DNA of 64,000 bases from a virus (IMGVR_UViG_3300033463_000041:1-64000), one strand, 5' to 3'. Shown: positions 20,128 through 29,082, numbered from the stretch's first letter. Notes: generated by a model not told the origin, from the letters alone. Numbers and translations are program-made.

Positions 20128-20328
20128 ATGGACGATTATATAAAAGCCACTGACGAGTTGCCGAAAGAATTTACTCCAGTATGGGTGCGGATAGGTGGGC
20201 GTCGGCCAAGGAAGATGTACCGTGTTGGTAAAACGTTCTTTTACTACAACAAAGTATTGGCTAAGAACGGTAACTATTCAAGCATCGGTGAAAGTGTTTT
20301 ATGGCGATATTGTAGAAAACAAATATAG
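20128..20328 (+). CDS. Hypothetical protein
   Basis: ATG at 20128 just after the upstream stop. Confidence 0.6.
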   Translation: MDDYIKATDELPKEFTPVWVRIGGRRPRKMYRVGKTFFYYNKVLAKNGNYSSIGESVLWRYCRKQI

Positions 20329-20335
20329 AAGTGAT

Positions 20336-21004
20336 ATGGCAAACAAGAAATTATCTATGAACGAGGTGGAAGCCCTCGTGAAGAATGTGTTAATTAGAGA
20401 GGACAGCACGACTGTCCTGAGTGTTGAACCAAGCAGCAGTGGCGATTATTGCTCTGTGATATTGGATGGCGATGTGATGCTGGAGACGCTGCGAGTATTA
20501 GCCAAGACCGTAGGTGATGAGCCTATTATCGGTGGCGAGGATAGCGGGCAGATCAACCTGTTCTTCCTCATTCCTGATGCTGACGAGGTAGGCAGTGGTG
20601 ACGATGACGATGAGCGGGAAGAGGAAAGAAAGCCTGCCATTCCCGACTACATGCGCCACAAGGACGAGTTCTGCGATTCGGAAGACGTGGTGATCCCTGG
20701 CACGGAAATGAATTGCAGTAACACGGAGCAGTGCGAGAGAATTAAGGCATGGATGAAGGAAACGGGCCACTACCCGATTGTGTACGTCCGACTTGATGAC
20801 GGCCTGCATGTGGAGGTGAGCGACATCTACGACCGCAAGGTGAAAGATGTGTTGGAACGTGAAGAGGTAGTAGGCGGTGATGGACGCAAATATAAGATTG
20901 AGAACCCTGACGACCTCTTGGCCATTGGTAGCAGCATCTGCGTCCGTGCCACTTGCATCGAAACTGGTCGCAATGATGCTTACGATTTGGACTTCTTTGT
21001 GTAA
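20336..21004 (+). CDS. Acidic hypothetical protein
   Basis: ATG at 20336, in frame with the track ORF. Confidence 0.7.
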   Translation: MANKKLSMNEVEALVKNVLIREDSTTVLSVEPSSSGDYCSVILDGDVMLETLRVLAKTVGDEPIIGGEDSGQINLFFLIPDADEVGSGDDDDEREEERKPAIPDYMRHKDEFCDSEDVVIPGTEMNCSNTEQCERIKAWMKETGHYPIVYVRLDDGLHVEVSDIYDRKVKDVLEREEVVGGDGRKYKIENPDDLLAIGSSICVRATCIETGRNDAYDLDFFV

Positions 21005-21017
21005 GGAGGAGTGACGG

Positions 21018-21758
21018 ATGACGAGTGAAGTGTTTAATGTGGACTGTATGGAGTATATGCGCGGTGTTCCTGACAAGGCGTTCGATCTGGTGTTGGGCGA
21101 CCCGCCGTATGGACTCTATGCCAGCAAGCCGAAGAAGAAAACCGATGTGGTGAAGCAGAAGAACGGTCGCGTGCTGACTGCCAGGTGTAACGACTACGGC
21201 AAGAAGAACTGGGATACGAAGATACCGCCGCAGACGTTCTTCGACGAGTTGCGCCGCATCAGCCGACATCAAATAATCTTCGGTGCCAACTATTTCGGAC
21301 TGCAGGGCGGCATGATTGTCTGGGATAAGATCAACGGTGACAGCGACCAGATGGGATGTGAGATAGCCTACCAATCGTTCAATACTCGCACGGACATCGT
21401 TCACTTTATGTGGAACGGAATGATGCAGGGCATATACTGTGGCCGCGATGCGGGCAAGGCAATGGTTCAGCAGGGTAATAAGACCCTGAACGAGAAACGT
21501 ATCCATCCGACGCAGAAGCCCGTTGCGCTATATGCCTGGCTGCTGAGAGAATATGCCAAGAATGGCTGGCGCATCTTCGACCCGATGATGGGCAGTCAGT
21601 CAAGCCGTATCGCCGCCTATAAGACCGGCTTCGACTTCGTTGGCTGCGAGATAGACAGGGAGTATTTTGACAAAGGTTGTGAGCGATTCGATGCGGAGTG
21701 CCTGAACCGCACAAAGATACCCACAGGCCAGATTGTCGAGCAACTATCACTATTTTGA
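21018..21758 (+). CDS. DNA N4-cytosine/N6-adenine methyltransferase (beta class)
   Basis: DPPYG, HPTQKPVALY and FDPMMGSQSS motifs; ends QLSLF. Confidence 0.9.
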   Translation: MTSEVFNVDCMEYMRGVPDKAFDLVLGDPPYGLYASKPKKKTDVVKQKNGRVLTARCNDYGKKNWDTKIPPQTFFDELRRISRHQIIFGANYFGLQGGMIVWDKINGDSDQMGCEIAYQSFNTRTDIVHFMWNGMMQGIYCGRDAGKAMVQQGNKTLNEKRIHPTQKPVALYAWLLREYAKNGWRIFDPMMGSQSSRIAAYKTGFDFVGCEIDREYFDKGCERFDAECLNRTKIPTGQIVEQLSLF

Positions 21759-21814
21759 ATATAAAGAAAGAGTAGCCAAACTGCTCAATAGTATTAACAA
21801 TAAAAGTATCATTT

Positions 21815-22288
21815 ATGCAAAACTTTGATGAATTGGCTGAGGGGTATCTCGGCCTGGTAGAGAAACAGAAAGAGAGTGAGGGCAAGGCCGTTGACAGCTT
21901 TACCCGTGGTGACATGGAGACGTGCTACGTCAGCGGGGCACAGTCGATGGAGCAGTTGCAGGAGGGCTTCGAAGGCACCTTCGGGCAGGCCATCGGCTCG
22001 CTGAAGCACGGCTTCCTGGTGCGCCGCAAGGGGTGGAACGGCAAGGGTATGTTCCTCTTCATGCGTCCTTGGGACTCGCTGAAGGACGAGTTTATCATCG
22101 ACACCGTGAAGTCGCTTCCCTTCAACTTCAAGGAGTGGGTCAAGGCGCATCCCAACGAGTCGGGTGAGCGATTCTTTACCCAGTACATCTGCACGAAGGC
22201 TGCCGACGGCTCCGTTGTCAACGGCTGGAATGCAACGCAGGTTGACATGCTATCCGAGGACTGGGTGCTGGTTGATCCTATGAAGTAA
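21815..22288 (+). CDS. DUF2829 / Tad2-like anti-defence nucleotide sponge
   Basis: FGQAI...G..VRRKGWNGKGMFL...W.ATQ.DML.EDW signature. Confidence 0.75.
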   Translation: MQNFDELAEGYLGLVEKQKESEGKAVDSFTRGDMETCYVSGAQSMEQLQEGFEGTFGQAIGSLKHGFLVRRKGWNGKGMFLFMRPWDSLKDEFIIDTVKSLPFNFKEWVKAHPNESGERFFTQYICTKAADGSVVNGWNATQVDMLSEDWVLVDPMK

Positions 22289-22295
22289 TCCACCA

Positions 22296-22401
22296 AAAGG
22301 AATAAAGGCCGTCCCGTAAGGGTGACACTCCGCGAGAAGCATCGGCGAAGCTGAAACGCCATAAACACAGAGCATATATGTGATGCACGGCCTTTTCCTT
22401 T
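22296..22401 (+). ncRNA. Candidate structured intergenic RNA
   Basis: 15-bp closing stem aaagga(at)aaaggccgt/acggccttttccttt enclosing ccc-GTAA-ggg, gcatc/gatgc, ggcg/cgcc and caca/tgtg helices. Confidence 0.45.
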
Positions 22402-22429
22402 ATGTTGAACAAGAAAAGAAGGACTAATT

Positions 22430-22636
22430 ATGGGACGCATTTATTTAGACTCACTATCTGCAGGCACACGACTTGCGCTTAAAGGCATGAGATACTCTTT
22501 TACGCTGCAGTCTTCAGAAAGAGATGGCGACAGGTGCATCTTGCATGGCGAGCACGAAGGAAGAAATATCCATGTGGTGTGCGCTGTTAGTGGCAGAGGA
22601 CTTTTAGGTGTGATAAAGATTATAGAGGAGGATTGA
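22430..22636 (+). CDS. Hypothetical protein
   Basis: ORF directly upstream of the radical SAM gene. Confidence 0.6.
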   Translation: MGRIYLDSLSAGTRLALKGMRYSFTLQSSERDGDRCILHGEHEGRNIHVVCAVSGRGLLGVIKIIEED

Positions 22637-22639
22637 CGT

Positions 22640-23497
22640 ATGAACTGGTATATCAACAGCTGTGATGGCATCTATAACTCCTTCGACGTGCATTTCACGT
22701 CGGAGTGCGACAACCGTTGCAAGCATTGCATCGACGCAAAGTACGACGGCAAGGGTATCAAGAAACCAGATGCCCATGCCATCGCCAAGACAATCATCGA
22801 CAATCAGGAGGGCTTCGAGGACGTGCTGTTCCTCGGTGGCGAGCCGTGCCTGCATCTGCCGGAACTCTGCGACTGCATCCGCATGATCAAGCAGGAGACA
22901 TGGCTAAAATGCTATGTCACCACATCGGCACCAGCTACCTGCCATAGGCTATACCCGAAGTTCGTGGAACTGCTGGAGATAGCTGACGGTGTGAATATCT
23001 CGGTGCAGCACTACCGTGAGGATGTGGCCGACCAGATACGCGGCACACGCTCTACTTACGACCGCCAGGCATTCTATGCCTCGTTGCCGTATAAGCGGAA
23101 GATACGCATCCATTTGAACATCGTGCGTCCTTACCTCTGCGAAAAGAATGACATACTGGAGTGCCTGGGCCACTACGACTATATGGGCTTCCCTGTCATC
23201 AAACTCTCGGAGTTGCAGCGTGCATCGGACAGCTACGCATCGTTCGAGCAGATTATGGATGTAAAGCTCCCGTCACCATACGCTCACGGCTGTCAGACGT
23301 GGTTTAATATGCGGCAGTTCATTGCAGACTATCAAGGCCGTCTGCTGCTGAAACGCTCGTGCTTCCTGAACGAAGAATCATGCAAGGCCAGTCTGATGGA
23401 CGGTGTGAAGGTGATACGCAAATGTTTTGTAAAACCAAAGCCACAGCACTACGCAGTGGTATATGAAGATGGCTCACTCTCGAACGGGTGGGTATAG
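22640..23497 (+). CDS. Radical SAM enzyme
   Basis: CDNRCKHC (CxxxCxxC) and LGGEP motifs. Confidence 0.9.
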   Translation: MNWYINSCDGIYNSFDVHFTSECDNRCKHCIDAKYDGKGIKKPDAHAIAKTIIDNQEGFEDVLFLGGEPCLHLPELCDCIRMIKQETWLKCYVTTSAPATCHRLYPKFVELLEIADGVNISVQHYREDVADQIRGTRSTYDRQAFYASLPYKRKIRIHLNIVRPYLCEKNDILECLGHYDYMGFPVIKLSELQRASDSYASFEQIMDVKLPSPYAHGCQTWFNMRQFIADYQGRLLLKRSCFLNEESCKASLMDGVKVIRKCFVKPKPQHYAVVYEDGSLSNGWV

Positions 23498-23521
23498 TAT
23501 AAACAAAATAACAACAAGATT

Positions 23522-23710
23522 ATGTGGACAAAGTTTTTGAGAAACCTGATGGCGCAGAACGCGCTGAAGATGAGCCACTGCTCCAGCGGTGGCGGGTATG
23601 ACGGCGGTTGTCACTGCTCTCATAGTGGCGAAACACTCTATCGCAAAGTAGGCTATGGCCATTGCGCCACCTACGAGCCTGTCAATCATGGTGTCGGACA
23701 TTGCGGATAG
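23522..23710 (+). CDS. His-Cys repeat small peptide, putative RiPP precursor
   Basis: Leader-like N-terminus, then Gly-rich core with HCS, HCS, HCA, HCG; AT-rich start context. Confidence 0.6.
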   Translation: MWTKFLRNLMAQNALKMSHCSSGGGYDGGCHCSHSGETLYRKVGYGHCATYEPVNHGVGHCG

Positions 23711-23722
23711 GAGGACCGACGA

Positions 23723-23929
23723 ATGAACTGCACATGCGCCAACTGCCTGAATGCCTACAATTCGCCCTACCACGAACTGCCTCAATGCTACAACAAAGAT
23801 TGGTTGTATCAGGAACAGGATGCGGACTGCTCAGTACGCCCGGACGAATCGTGTGGCACATGGCAGCGGCGCGGCGAGAATCAGCCGCCCGTGAAATTTC
23901 CACGTGCGGTGCAACTGGAATTATTTTAA
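23723..23929 (+). CDS. Small Cys-rich protein ending QLELF
   Basis: CTCANC...C...C...C; clamp-binding-like C-terminus. Confidence 0.6.
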   Translation: MNCTCANCLNAYNSPYHELPQCYNKDWLYQEQDADCSVRPDESCGTWQRRGENQPPVKFPRAVQLELF

Positions 23930-23955
23930 AGAATAACAACTGAAATAAAAAATGT

Positions 23956-24411
23956 ATGAAGAAAGGCTTACCAATTAGAAATGTTACAATCGATCCGATG
24001 GGTGGCGAAATGCGCCATCGGACAGCTGAATACATGAAGAGCATCAATTGTGGCGCACGGTTTTTTGGCGACGATGCCTTGATAAAGGTGACGAATGAGA
24101 CGTGGCCAGATGGAACAGAAGTCGTGGTGTGTTGTCATAAGGAAGACAGGGAAGCTGTGAGTCGTGTGGTTGAGCAGAAGGGATACAAGATAGCAACCTT
24201 TGTCGATGTCGATGATGATTGGCTCGGCGAAATGGTTGTAAAGCGCGGCCAGTATGTTATGACGAAGAAGGAGCCAATCCACTGGAACTTCGCCGACGCT
24301 AAACGTCCATTTGGCATTTTTGAATCCGCCCATGAGGCGATGCAACGTGGTATGGCAGTAGCCGACAGTGTATTTTGGAGAAAATCAAACAAGGAGGAAA
24401 ACGCCAAATGA
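23956..24411 (+). CDS. Hypothetical protein, paralogue of 5982..6431
   Basis: WPDGTEVVVCCHKEDREAV...KGYKIA. Confidence 0.75.
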   Translation: MKKGLPIRNVTIDPMGGEMRHRTAEYMKSINCGARFFGDDALIKVTNETWPDGTEVVVCCHKEDREAVSRVVEQKGYKIATFVDVDDDWLGEMVVKRGQYVMTKKEPIHWNFADAKRPFGIFESAHEAMQRGMAVADSVFWRKSNKEENAK

Positions 24412-25193
24412 ACCAGATGTATAAACAGATGAATGCCATGCTTGGCAGGGGATTCGGTAAAGATGCGCAGATTCAGGCCCTAATGGCAGCTCAGAAGAAC
24501 AACAAGCGAACCTTCATTGATCAGAGTCGCTTTGACATGGAGAGGGCGATGGAGTTGACTCGAATGCTGGCCGAAGACGATGAGAACCTTGGCAGAATAA
24601 TCCATCCGCTGCCATACGCTGAGATTAAAAACGACACCGAGGCTACGTTGAATATCGTGATGCAGGCACTTGGACTCTACACGTTCCCGACAAAAGAGTT
24701 GACCGACTGGCTGCACAACGAGATTGATGATGATCCAGAGTTGGAACCTCATTCGGCTATCGAGATATGCTGTGGAACTGGTTGGATTGGTCGCACACTT
24801 GGCATACCCATTACAGACAGCCGTATGCAGGAGCGTGATGATATCCGTGAACTCTATCGGCGTGAGGGTGCCATGACCATCAGCTATCCTATGGATGTTG
24901 AGCCACTTGATGCGCTTTCGGCCATCCGTAAGTATGAGCCGGAGTATGTTATTGCTTCGTACTGCACGTGTCTCTATGGCACTGGTGGCTCAAAGTATGA
25001 TAATTCTCTCGGTGTAGATACCCGATGGGTACGCTCACACTGCCGCCGTTTCTATCACATCGGCAATGATGACATTCATAGCCGCGACCCGTTAATGAAG
25101 ATGCCACATAAGCGATTATCCTTTGACTGGCTCGTTACACGTGGCGACTCTTCAAAGGCAAGGATTTACGTTTGGGAGAATAAAATGTACTAA
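24408..25193 (+). CDS. Putative SAM-binding methyltransferase-fold protein
   Basis: AIEICCGTGWIG resembles class I motif I. Confidence 0.55.
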   Translation: MNQMYKQMNAMLGRGFGKDAQIQALMAAQKNNKRTFIDQSRFDMERAMELTRMLAEDDENLGRIIHPLPYAEIKNDTEATLNIVMQALGLYTFPTKELTDWLHNEIDDDPELEPHSAIEICCGTGWIGRTLGIPITDSRMQERDDIRELYRREGAMTISYPMDVEPLDALSAIRKYEPEYVIASYCTCLYGTGGSKYDNSLGVDTRWVRSHCRRFYHIGNDDIHSRDPLMKMPHKRLSFDWLVTRGDSSKARIYVWENKMY

Positions 25194-25209
25194 AGGAATA
25201 ACAACAATT

Positions 25210-25653
25210 ATGAAGAAAGAAGAACAGAAGATCAAGTATTGCTTCGGGCTTAGCCAGGAGCGTTGCGGCACGGACACGTTTGATACGATTGACGAGCTGC
25301 TGGTGTATGCCGAGGATTGCTACAAGAATCCTGATGGCGATTATTGGGATGAAGATATGAACGACTACACAGACGTTATCTTCATAGGCATTGCCTGCGA
25401 GGTAGAGCCGAAGGACGTTGCGCCATCGCTGGATTGGATTGCCGACAGCATGACGGACACGTTCTACTCTGAGCATCCGATTGACGATGACCAAGACGTG
25501 CAAATTAACAACCGACAGGAGGGTGAAAAGGCATGGGCCGAGTTCGTGACAAAGTATTTCGAGCTGCCTTGCTCGATTACGGCTACGTGGATTGGCACGT
25601 ATGACATCAAAGAGCACAAGTGGATTGAGCGTTACGACCAAGAGAAAGCATAG
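25210..25653 (+). CDS. Acidic hypothetical protein
   Basis: ATG at 25210 with AT-rich upstream. Confidence 0.7.
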   Translation: MKKEEQKIKYCFGLSQERCGTDTFDTIDELLVYAEDCYKNPDGDYWDEDMNDYTDVIFIGIACEVEPKDVAPSLDWIADSMTDTFYSEHPIDDDQDVQINNRQEGEKAWAEFVTKYFELPCSITATWIGTYDIKEHKWIERYDQEKA

Positions 25654-25656
25654 CCT

Positions 25657-26568
25657 ATGGGAGTCATGAAACAGCAGGGCTTGAAGAAAGAAGAGTTGAC
25701 TGAACTGTCAATACAGAAGCGACTCAACCACTTCTTTGCCACACATAAATACAAAGCAGACGGGCTGTATGTGTTCTCGTGGGAAAGCGACAAGCTCATT
25801 TGGACGCGAAGCGGATACATCTACGAGTTTGAGATCAAGATAAGCCGCTCCGACTTTAAGAACGATTTCAAGCACAAGAAGGAGAAGCATATCGTGCTGG
25901 CATCGACCATCGCCCGCGACAAGGCCAAGGAGATACAGATGTCGCTCTTTGAGGAAAAGGAAAAGAATCATCCTAACCACTGGAGTCGCGAAGCGCTTGA
26001 ACGTTACTATGGCGATATTGACCAAATGGCTAAAGGCAAGCGGATGCCCAACTATTTCTACTATGCCGTGCCGAATGGGATGATAGAGCCAGACGAGGTA
26101 CCGCCATACGCAGGACTGATATACATCGATAGAGAGTACCACTATGTGGCGCAGTCGTTCCACATTGTCAAGGAGGCCCCGTGCCTGCACAAAACGAAGT
26201 ACACCGATGCCGAGCTGAACCTTGGCGAGAAGTTCTATTACAACTGGCAAACCGCACTTCGCAACCTGCACGACGCATGGAAGAGAGCTGAGACAGCAGA
26301 GGGAAAGCTGCAGCGAGAGTTGAACCGCCAGCACCACGACCGCACATGGGAGGACCTGGAACGAGACCTGGAATACAACAAGGAGCGTAGCGACCGATAC
26401 AGCCGATTATACTACGAATATCAGCACAATGCCCTCATCGACCGTCAAGAGATACGATTGTTGCGCCGTGAACTATTGAAGCTCCAACCCGATTTTGACT
26501 ACAAGGCTATCGAGCAGGAGGCTGAGCGATATCACGGCAAGCGTCATACGCTCGAAGAACTGACATGA
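25657..26568 (+). CDS. PD-(D/E)xK nuclease-like protein (MmcB-like)
   Basis: ESD...YEFEIKISRSDFKND, PNYFYYAVP and GLI motifs; internal QMSLF. Confidence 0.7.
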   Translation: MGVMKQQGLKKEELTELSIQKRLNHFFATHKYKADGLYVFSWESDKLIWTRSGYIYEFEIKISRSDFKNDFKHKKEKHIVLASTIARDKAKEIQMSLFEEKEKNHPNHWSREALERYYGDIDQMAKGKRMPNYFYYAVPNGMIEPDEVPPYAGLIYIDREYHYVAQSFHIVKEAPCLHKTKYTDAELNLGEKFYYNWQTALRNLHDAWKRAETAEGKLQRELNRQHHDRTWEDLERDLEYNKERSDRYSRLYYEYQHNALIDRQEIRLLRRELLKLQPDFDYKAIEQEAERYHGKRHTLEELT

Positions 26569-26618
26569 CAGACAAAAAATAGATAACCCTATTTATAAAC
26601 CCTTTAAACATTACAACA

Positions 26619-27092
26619 ATGAGAACAAAAACAGCAATTTGGTTTGAGTGCAAAATCCGTTACGAGAAAGTGATGGAAGACGGACTGCAGAAGAAAGTGA
26701 CTGAACAGTATGTCGTTGACGCATTGTCGTTCGGCGATGCAGAGAACCGCATCGTGGAAGAGATGTCGAGCTACATCAGCGGCGAGTTTGAAGTAAAGGA
26801 CGTGAAGATGGCCACCTACAAGGAGGTGTTCTTCTGTGATGATGCAGATGCCGACAAGTGGTTTAAGGCAAAGCTCCAGTTTATCACTATCGACGAGAAG
26901 ACCGAGAAGGAGAAACGCTCCACCGTTTACTACTTGGTACAGGCCGCCTCGTTCGACGGAGCCGTCAAGAACATCAACGACGTGATGAACGGCACGATGA
27001 TTGACTACAACAAGTCGAACATCAGCGAGACGAAGATCATGGATGTGTTTGAGTACACTAAGAAGGAGTCTGATGGTGAAGACAAAGATTGA
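26619..27092 (+). CDS. DUF4494-like protein
   Basis: WFECKIRYEK..EDG.QKKVTEQY.VDALSF..AE, a Bacteroidetes family. Confidence 0.8.
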   Translation: MRTKTAIWFECKIRYEKVMEDGLQKKVTEQYVVDALSFGDAENRIVEEMSSYISGEFEVKDVKMATYKEVFFCDDADADKWFKAKLQFITIDEKTEKEKRSTVYYLVQAASFDGAVKNINDVMNGTMIDYNKSNISETKIMDVFEYTKKESDGEDKD

Positions 27093-27390
27093 GTTCAAAC
27101 AGTTTCACGACGCTTACGGCAAGGCTTACGGCGAGAAAATCGACCGTATAGCCGCCGAGCGTGCGTGGAAACGACTCAACGACCACGACCGCCGTGCTGC
27201 CATTGCCGGCATTGCTGCCTATCGTGACTACTGCCGTAGCAAGGGCATTGCCATGAAGTACCCCAGCGGCTATCTGAACCTGCATAGATGGGAGATTGAA
27301 GAGGTGGATAATGGCGTAAGCCAAAAGACTACCGGAACAAAAACGGAACATTCTGATCCAGATGCCCTTGCGGATATGGACGAATGGTAG
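27073..27390 (+). CDS. Protein resembling phage replication-initiator C-terminal domains
   Basis: K...AERAWKRL...KYPSGYLN..RWE pattern. Confidence 0.5.
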   Translation: MVKTKIEFKQFHDAYGKAYGEKIDRIAAERAWKRLNDHDRRAAIAGIAAYRDYCRSKGIAMKYPSGYLNLHRWEIEEVDNGVSQKTTGTKTEHSDPDALADMDEW

Positions 27391-27425
27391 TAACTTTGCA
27401 ATGTATCACTAACTCAATAACGACA

Positions 27426-27842
27426 ATGGCGAAACATAAAGACCTGCAGCCGTGGCTCGATTATTTCGATATGCTGCATACTTACGAAGAGAACGGCTTC
27501 CTGCTGATGAAGCCTGATGAACACGAGGCTTATGTCACACAGCCTGCACTCTATACGCTGTCGGCGCGCGCTGCACGTATAGCCGTCACGCCCGACAATG
27601 CAGAACTGTTGCAACAGCAGTTGGCCGGCGACATGCCTGGCATCCTGCGCCGCCTGCGTACTTACGCCGGGTGGAAGAGTACACAGGGTCGCGGTTATCT
27701 CAGTCTGCCGTTCTCACTTCACGTGATTATGCCCGACGCACCTTACGATCCGATATGTACCTTCCTGATGACACGCCGTCGCCGTTGGTGGTGGCCGTTG
27801 AGAAAATTGGACTGCATCGAGATTATTCCTTACAAGGATTAG
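27426..27842 (+). CDS. Hypothetical protein
   Basis: ATG at 27426. Confidence 0.7.
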   Translation: MAKHKDLQPWLDYFDMLHTYEENGFLLMKPDEHEAYVTQPALYTLSARAARIAVTPDNAELLQQQLAGDMPGILRRLRTYAGWKSTQGRGYLSLPFSLHVIMPDAPYDPICTFLMTRRRRWWWPLRKLDCIEIIPYKD

Positions 27843-27845
27843 AAA

Positions 27846-28184
27846 ATGGAAGACAGTAGACAGTTTTATCAGGTCATTCATGACCACTACAACCTCCGCA
27901 CCTCCGACCATCTGGAGCATGGCTATGAGGAAGAAAGCGAATACCGAAAGGCATTGCGTCTGCTGGTTGGGCGATGGCGCGACCGTATTGGCGAAGCTAT
28001 CGACGAGCGTCACGAGTTCCTACTCCTACGCTTCCATGATACGCCAGGTGGTGTACCCGACGAAGCATGGTTGCCGCGTCTGGTGCTGAAATCTGTTCCG
28101 GTTCCCGACTACATGCGTGAAGAAGAGTCCAGTTCTTCAGACAGCATCAATGAAGAACTTGATAAAGCCTTCGGTTTCGATTGA
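27846..28184 (+). CDS. Hypothetical protein, last gene of the plus-strand array
   Basis: ORF followed by a terminator. Confidence 0.7.
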   Translation: MEDSRQFYQVIHDHYNLRTSDHLEHGYEEESEYRKALRLLVGRWRDRIGEAIDERHEFLLLRFHDTPGGVPDEAWLPRLVLKSVPVPDYMREEESSSSDSINEELDKAFGFD

Positions 28185-28201
28185 AGGCCCTACCCTACAA
28201 G

Positions 28202-28241
28202 AAAAGACCGCTATCCCTCTCGGACGGCGGTCTTCTCTTTA
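28202..28241. terminator. Intrinsic terminator between convergent early and late arms, likely bidirectional
   Basis: aagaccgct...ggcggtctt stem flanked by A and T runs. Confidence 0.7.
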
Positions 28242-28344
28242 ATAACTAAAAACCTAAAACTATAAATATTACTACTAACCTAAAACAATTTCTGTAATGT
28301 CGCCACATCACTTGCCAATGAAAAACACTTCTATTATCAACTAA

Positions 28345-28722
28345 CTATTCATTACTTACATTCTCCTTATCTTCGATGCTTGGCTGCTCTGTTTCCACGT
28401 CGCTCATGTTTGGCTGACGTGCGTCGCGGTCAAGCGTCATATTTCCCTGCAATACCTTTCCTGGGTCAATCTCCTTGTAGCCACCGGCTACCGTCAGCTT
28501 GCAGACAATAATCATGCCAAAGGGCACTGCGAGCAACAGCGGATAGATGTCCGTCCACCACTCATGCGGAATGGCTCCACCTATCACCATGATCTGATTA
28601 ACGCCGAATGCCGTCACCATGACGCAGCAACACAGTACCACCAACTGACGGAAAAAGCGGGGCATCTTTCCAACCCAGCGTCCTTTCAGTTCATTGCCCT
28701 GTCGTTTTATCTGTTCTCCCAT
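28345..28722 (-). CDS. Putative holin (2 TM)
   Basis: Two TM helices, charged C-terminus, end of a late operon. Confidence 0.5.
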   Translation of the reverse strand: MGEQIKRQGNELKGRWVGKMPRFFRQLVVLCCCVMVTAFGVNQIMVIGGAIPHEWWTDIYPLLLAVPFGMIIVCKLTVAGGYKEIDPGKVLQGNMTLDRDARQPNMSDVETEQPSIEDKENVSNE

Positions 28723-29066
28723 TACAGATCCCTCTCTATTTTAATCCCTTTGTCAGAAGCAAGGATAAGTCTGCTTAGTCCGTTTAAGTCGGCTGCCAAG
28801 CCTGATATGCTCGCCTTGACAGACCCGACCTCTTTCAATACGCCAGACTCCATCGCGCTGATGCGGTCGAGGATGTCGTCCTGCTTCTTCGACTGTGAGT
28901 CCTGTCGCTTCTGAATGTTTACCAACGTTGTTTCCAAATTCTCTACGGTGTTTTCGAGCACTGCCACACGGACCTTCAGCGTGTGGTTTTCGCGCCACTG
29001 CCATACTACGGCTCCAAGAAGTACCGGAATCAGATATGGCCAGATGTCTATTACTAATTGATTCAT
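28722..29066 (-). CDS. Membrane-anchored coiled-coil protein (holin/lysis accessory-like)
   Basis: N-terminal TM followed by coiled coil. Confidence 0.55.
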   Translation of the reverse strand: MNQLVIDIWPYLIPVLLGAVVWQWRENHTLKVRVAVLENTVENLETTLVNIQKRQDSQSKKQDDILDRISAMESGVLKEVGSVKASISGLAADLNGLSRLILASDKGIKIERDL

Positions 29067-29082
29067 TCTTCTATGTTTTTGT

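Noticed and set aside
22296-22401. tRNA or known ribozyme
   Set aside because: No T-loop GTTCRA or cloverleaf, and no hammerhead CTGATGA/GAAA core; kept only as an unclassified structure
255-28013. Numerous minus-strand ORFs in the early region
   Set aside because: Antisense shadows of tightly packed plus-strand genes, with no motifs or start contexts
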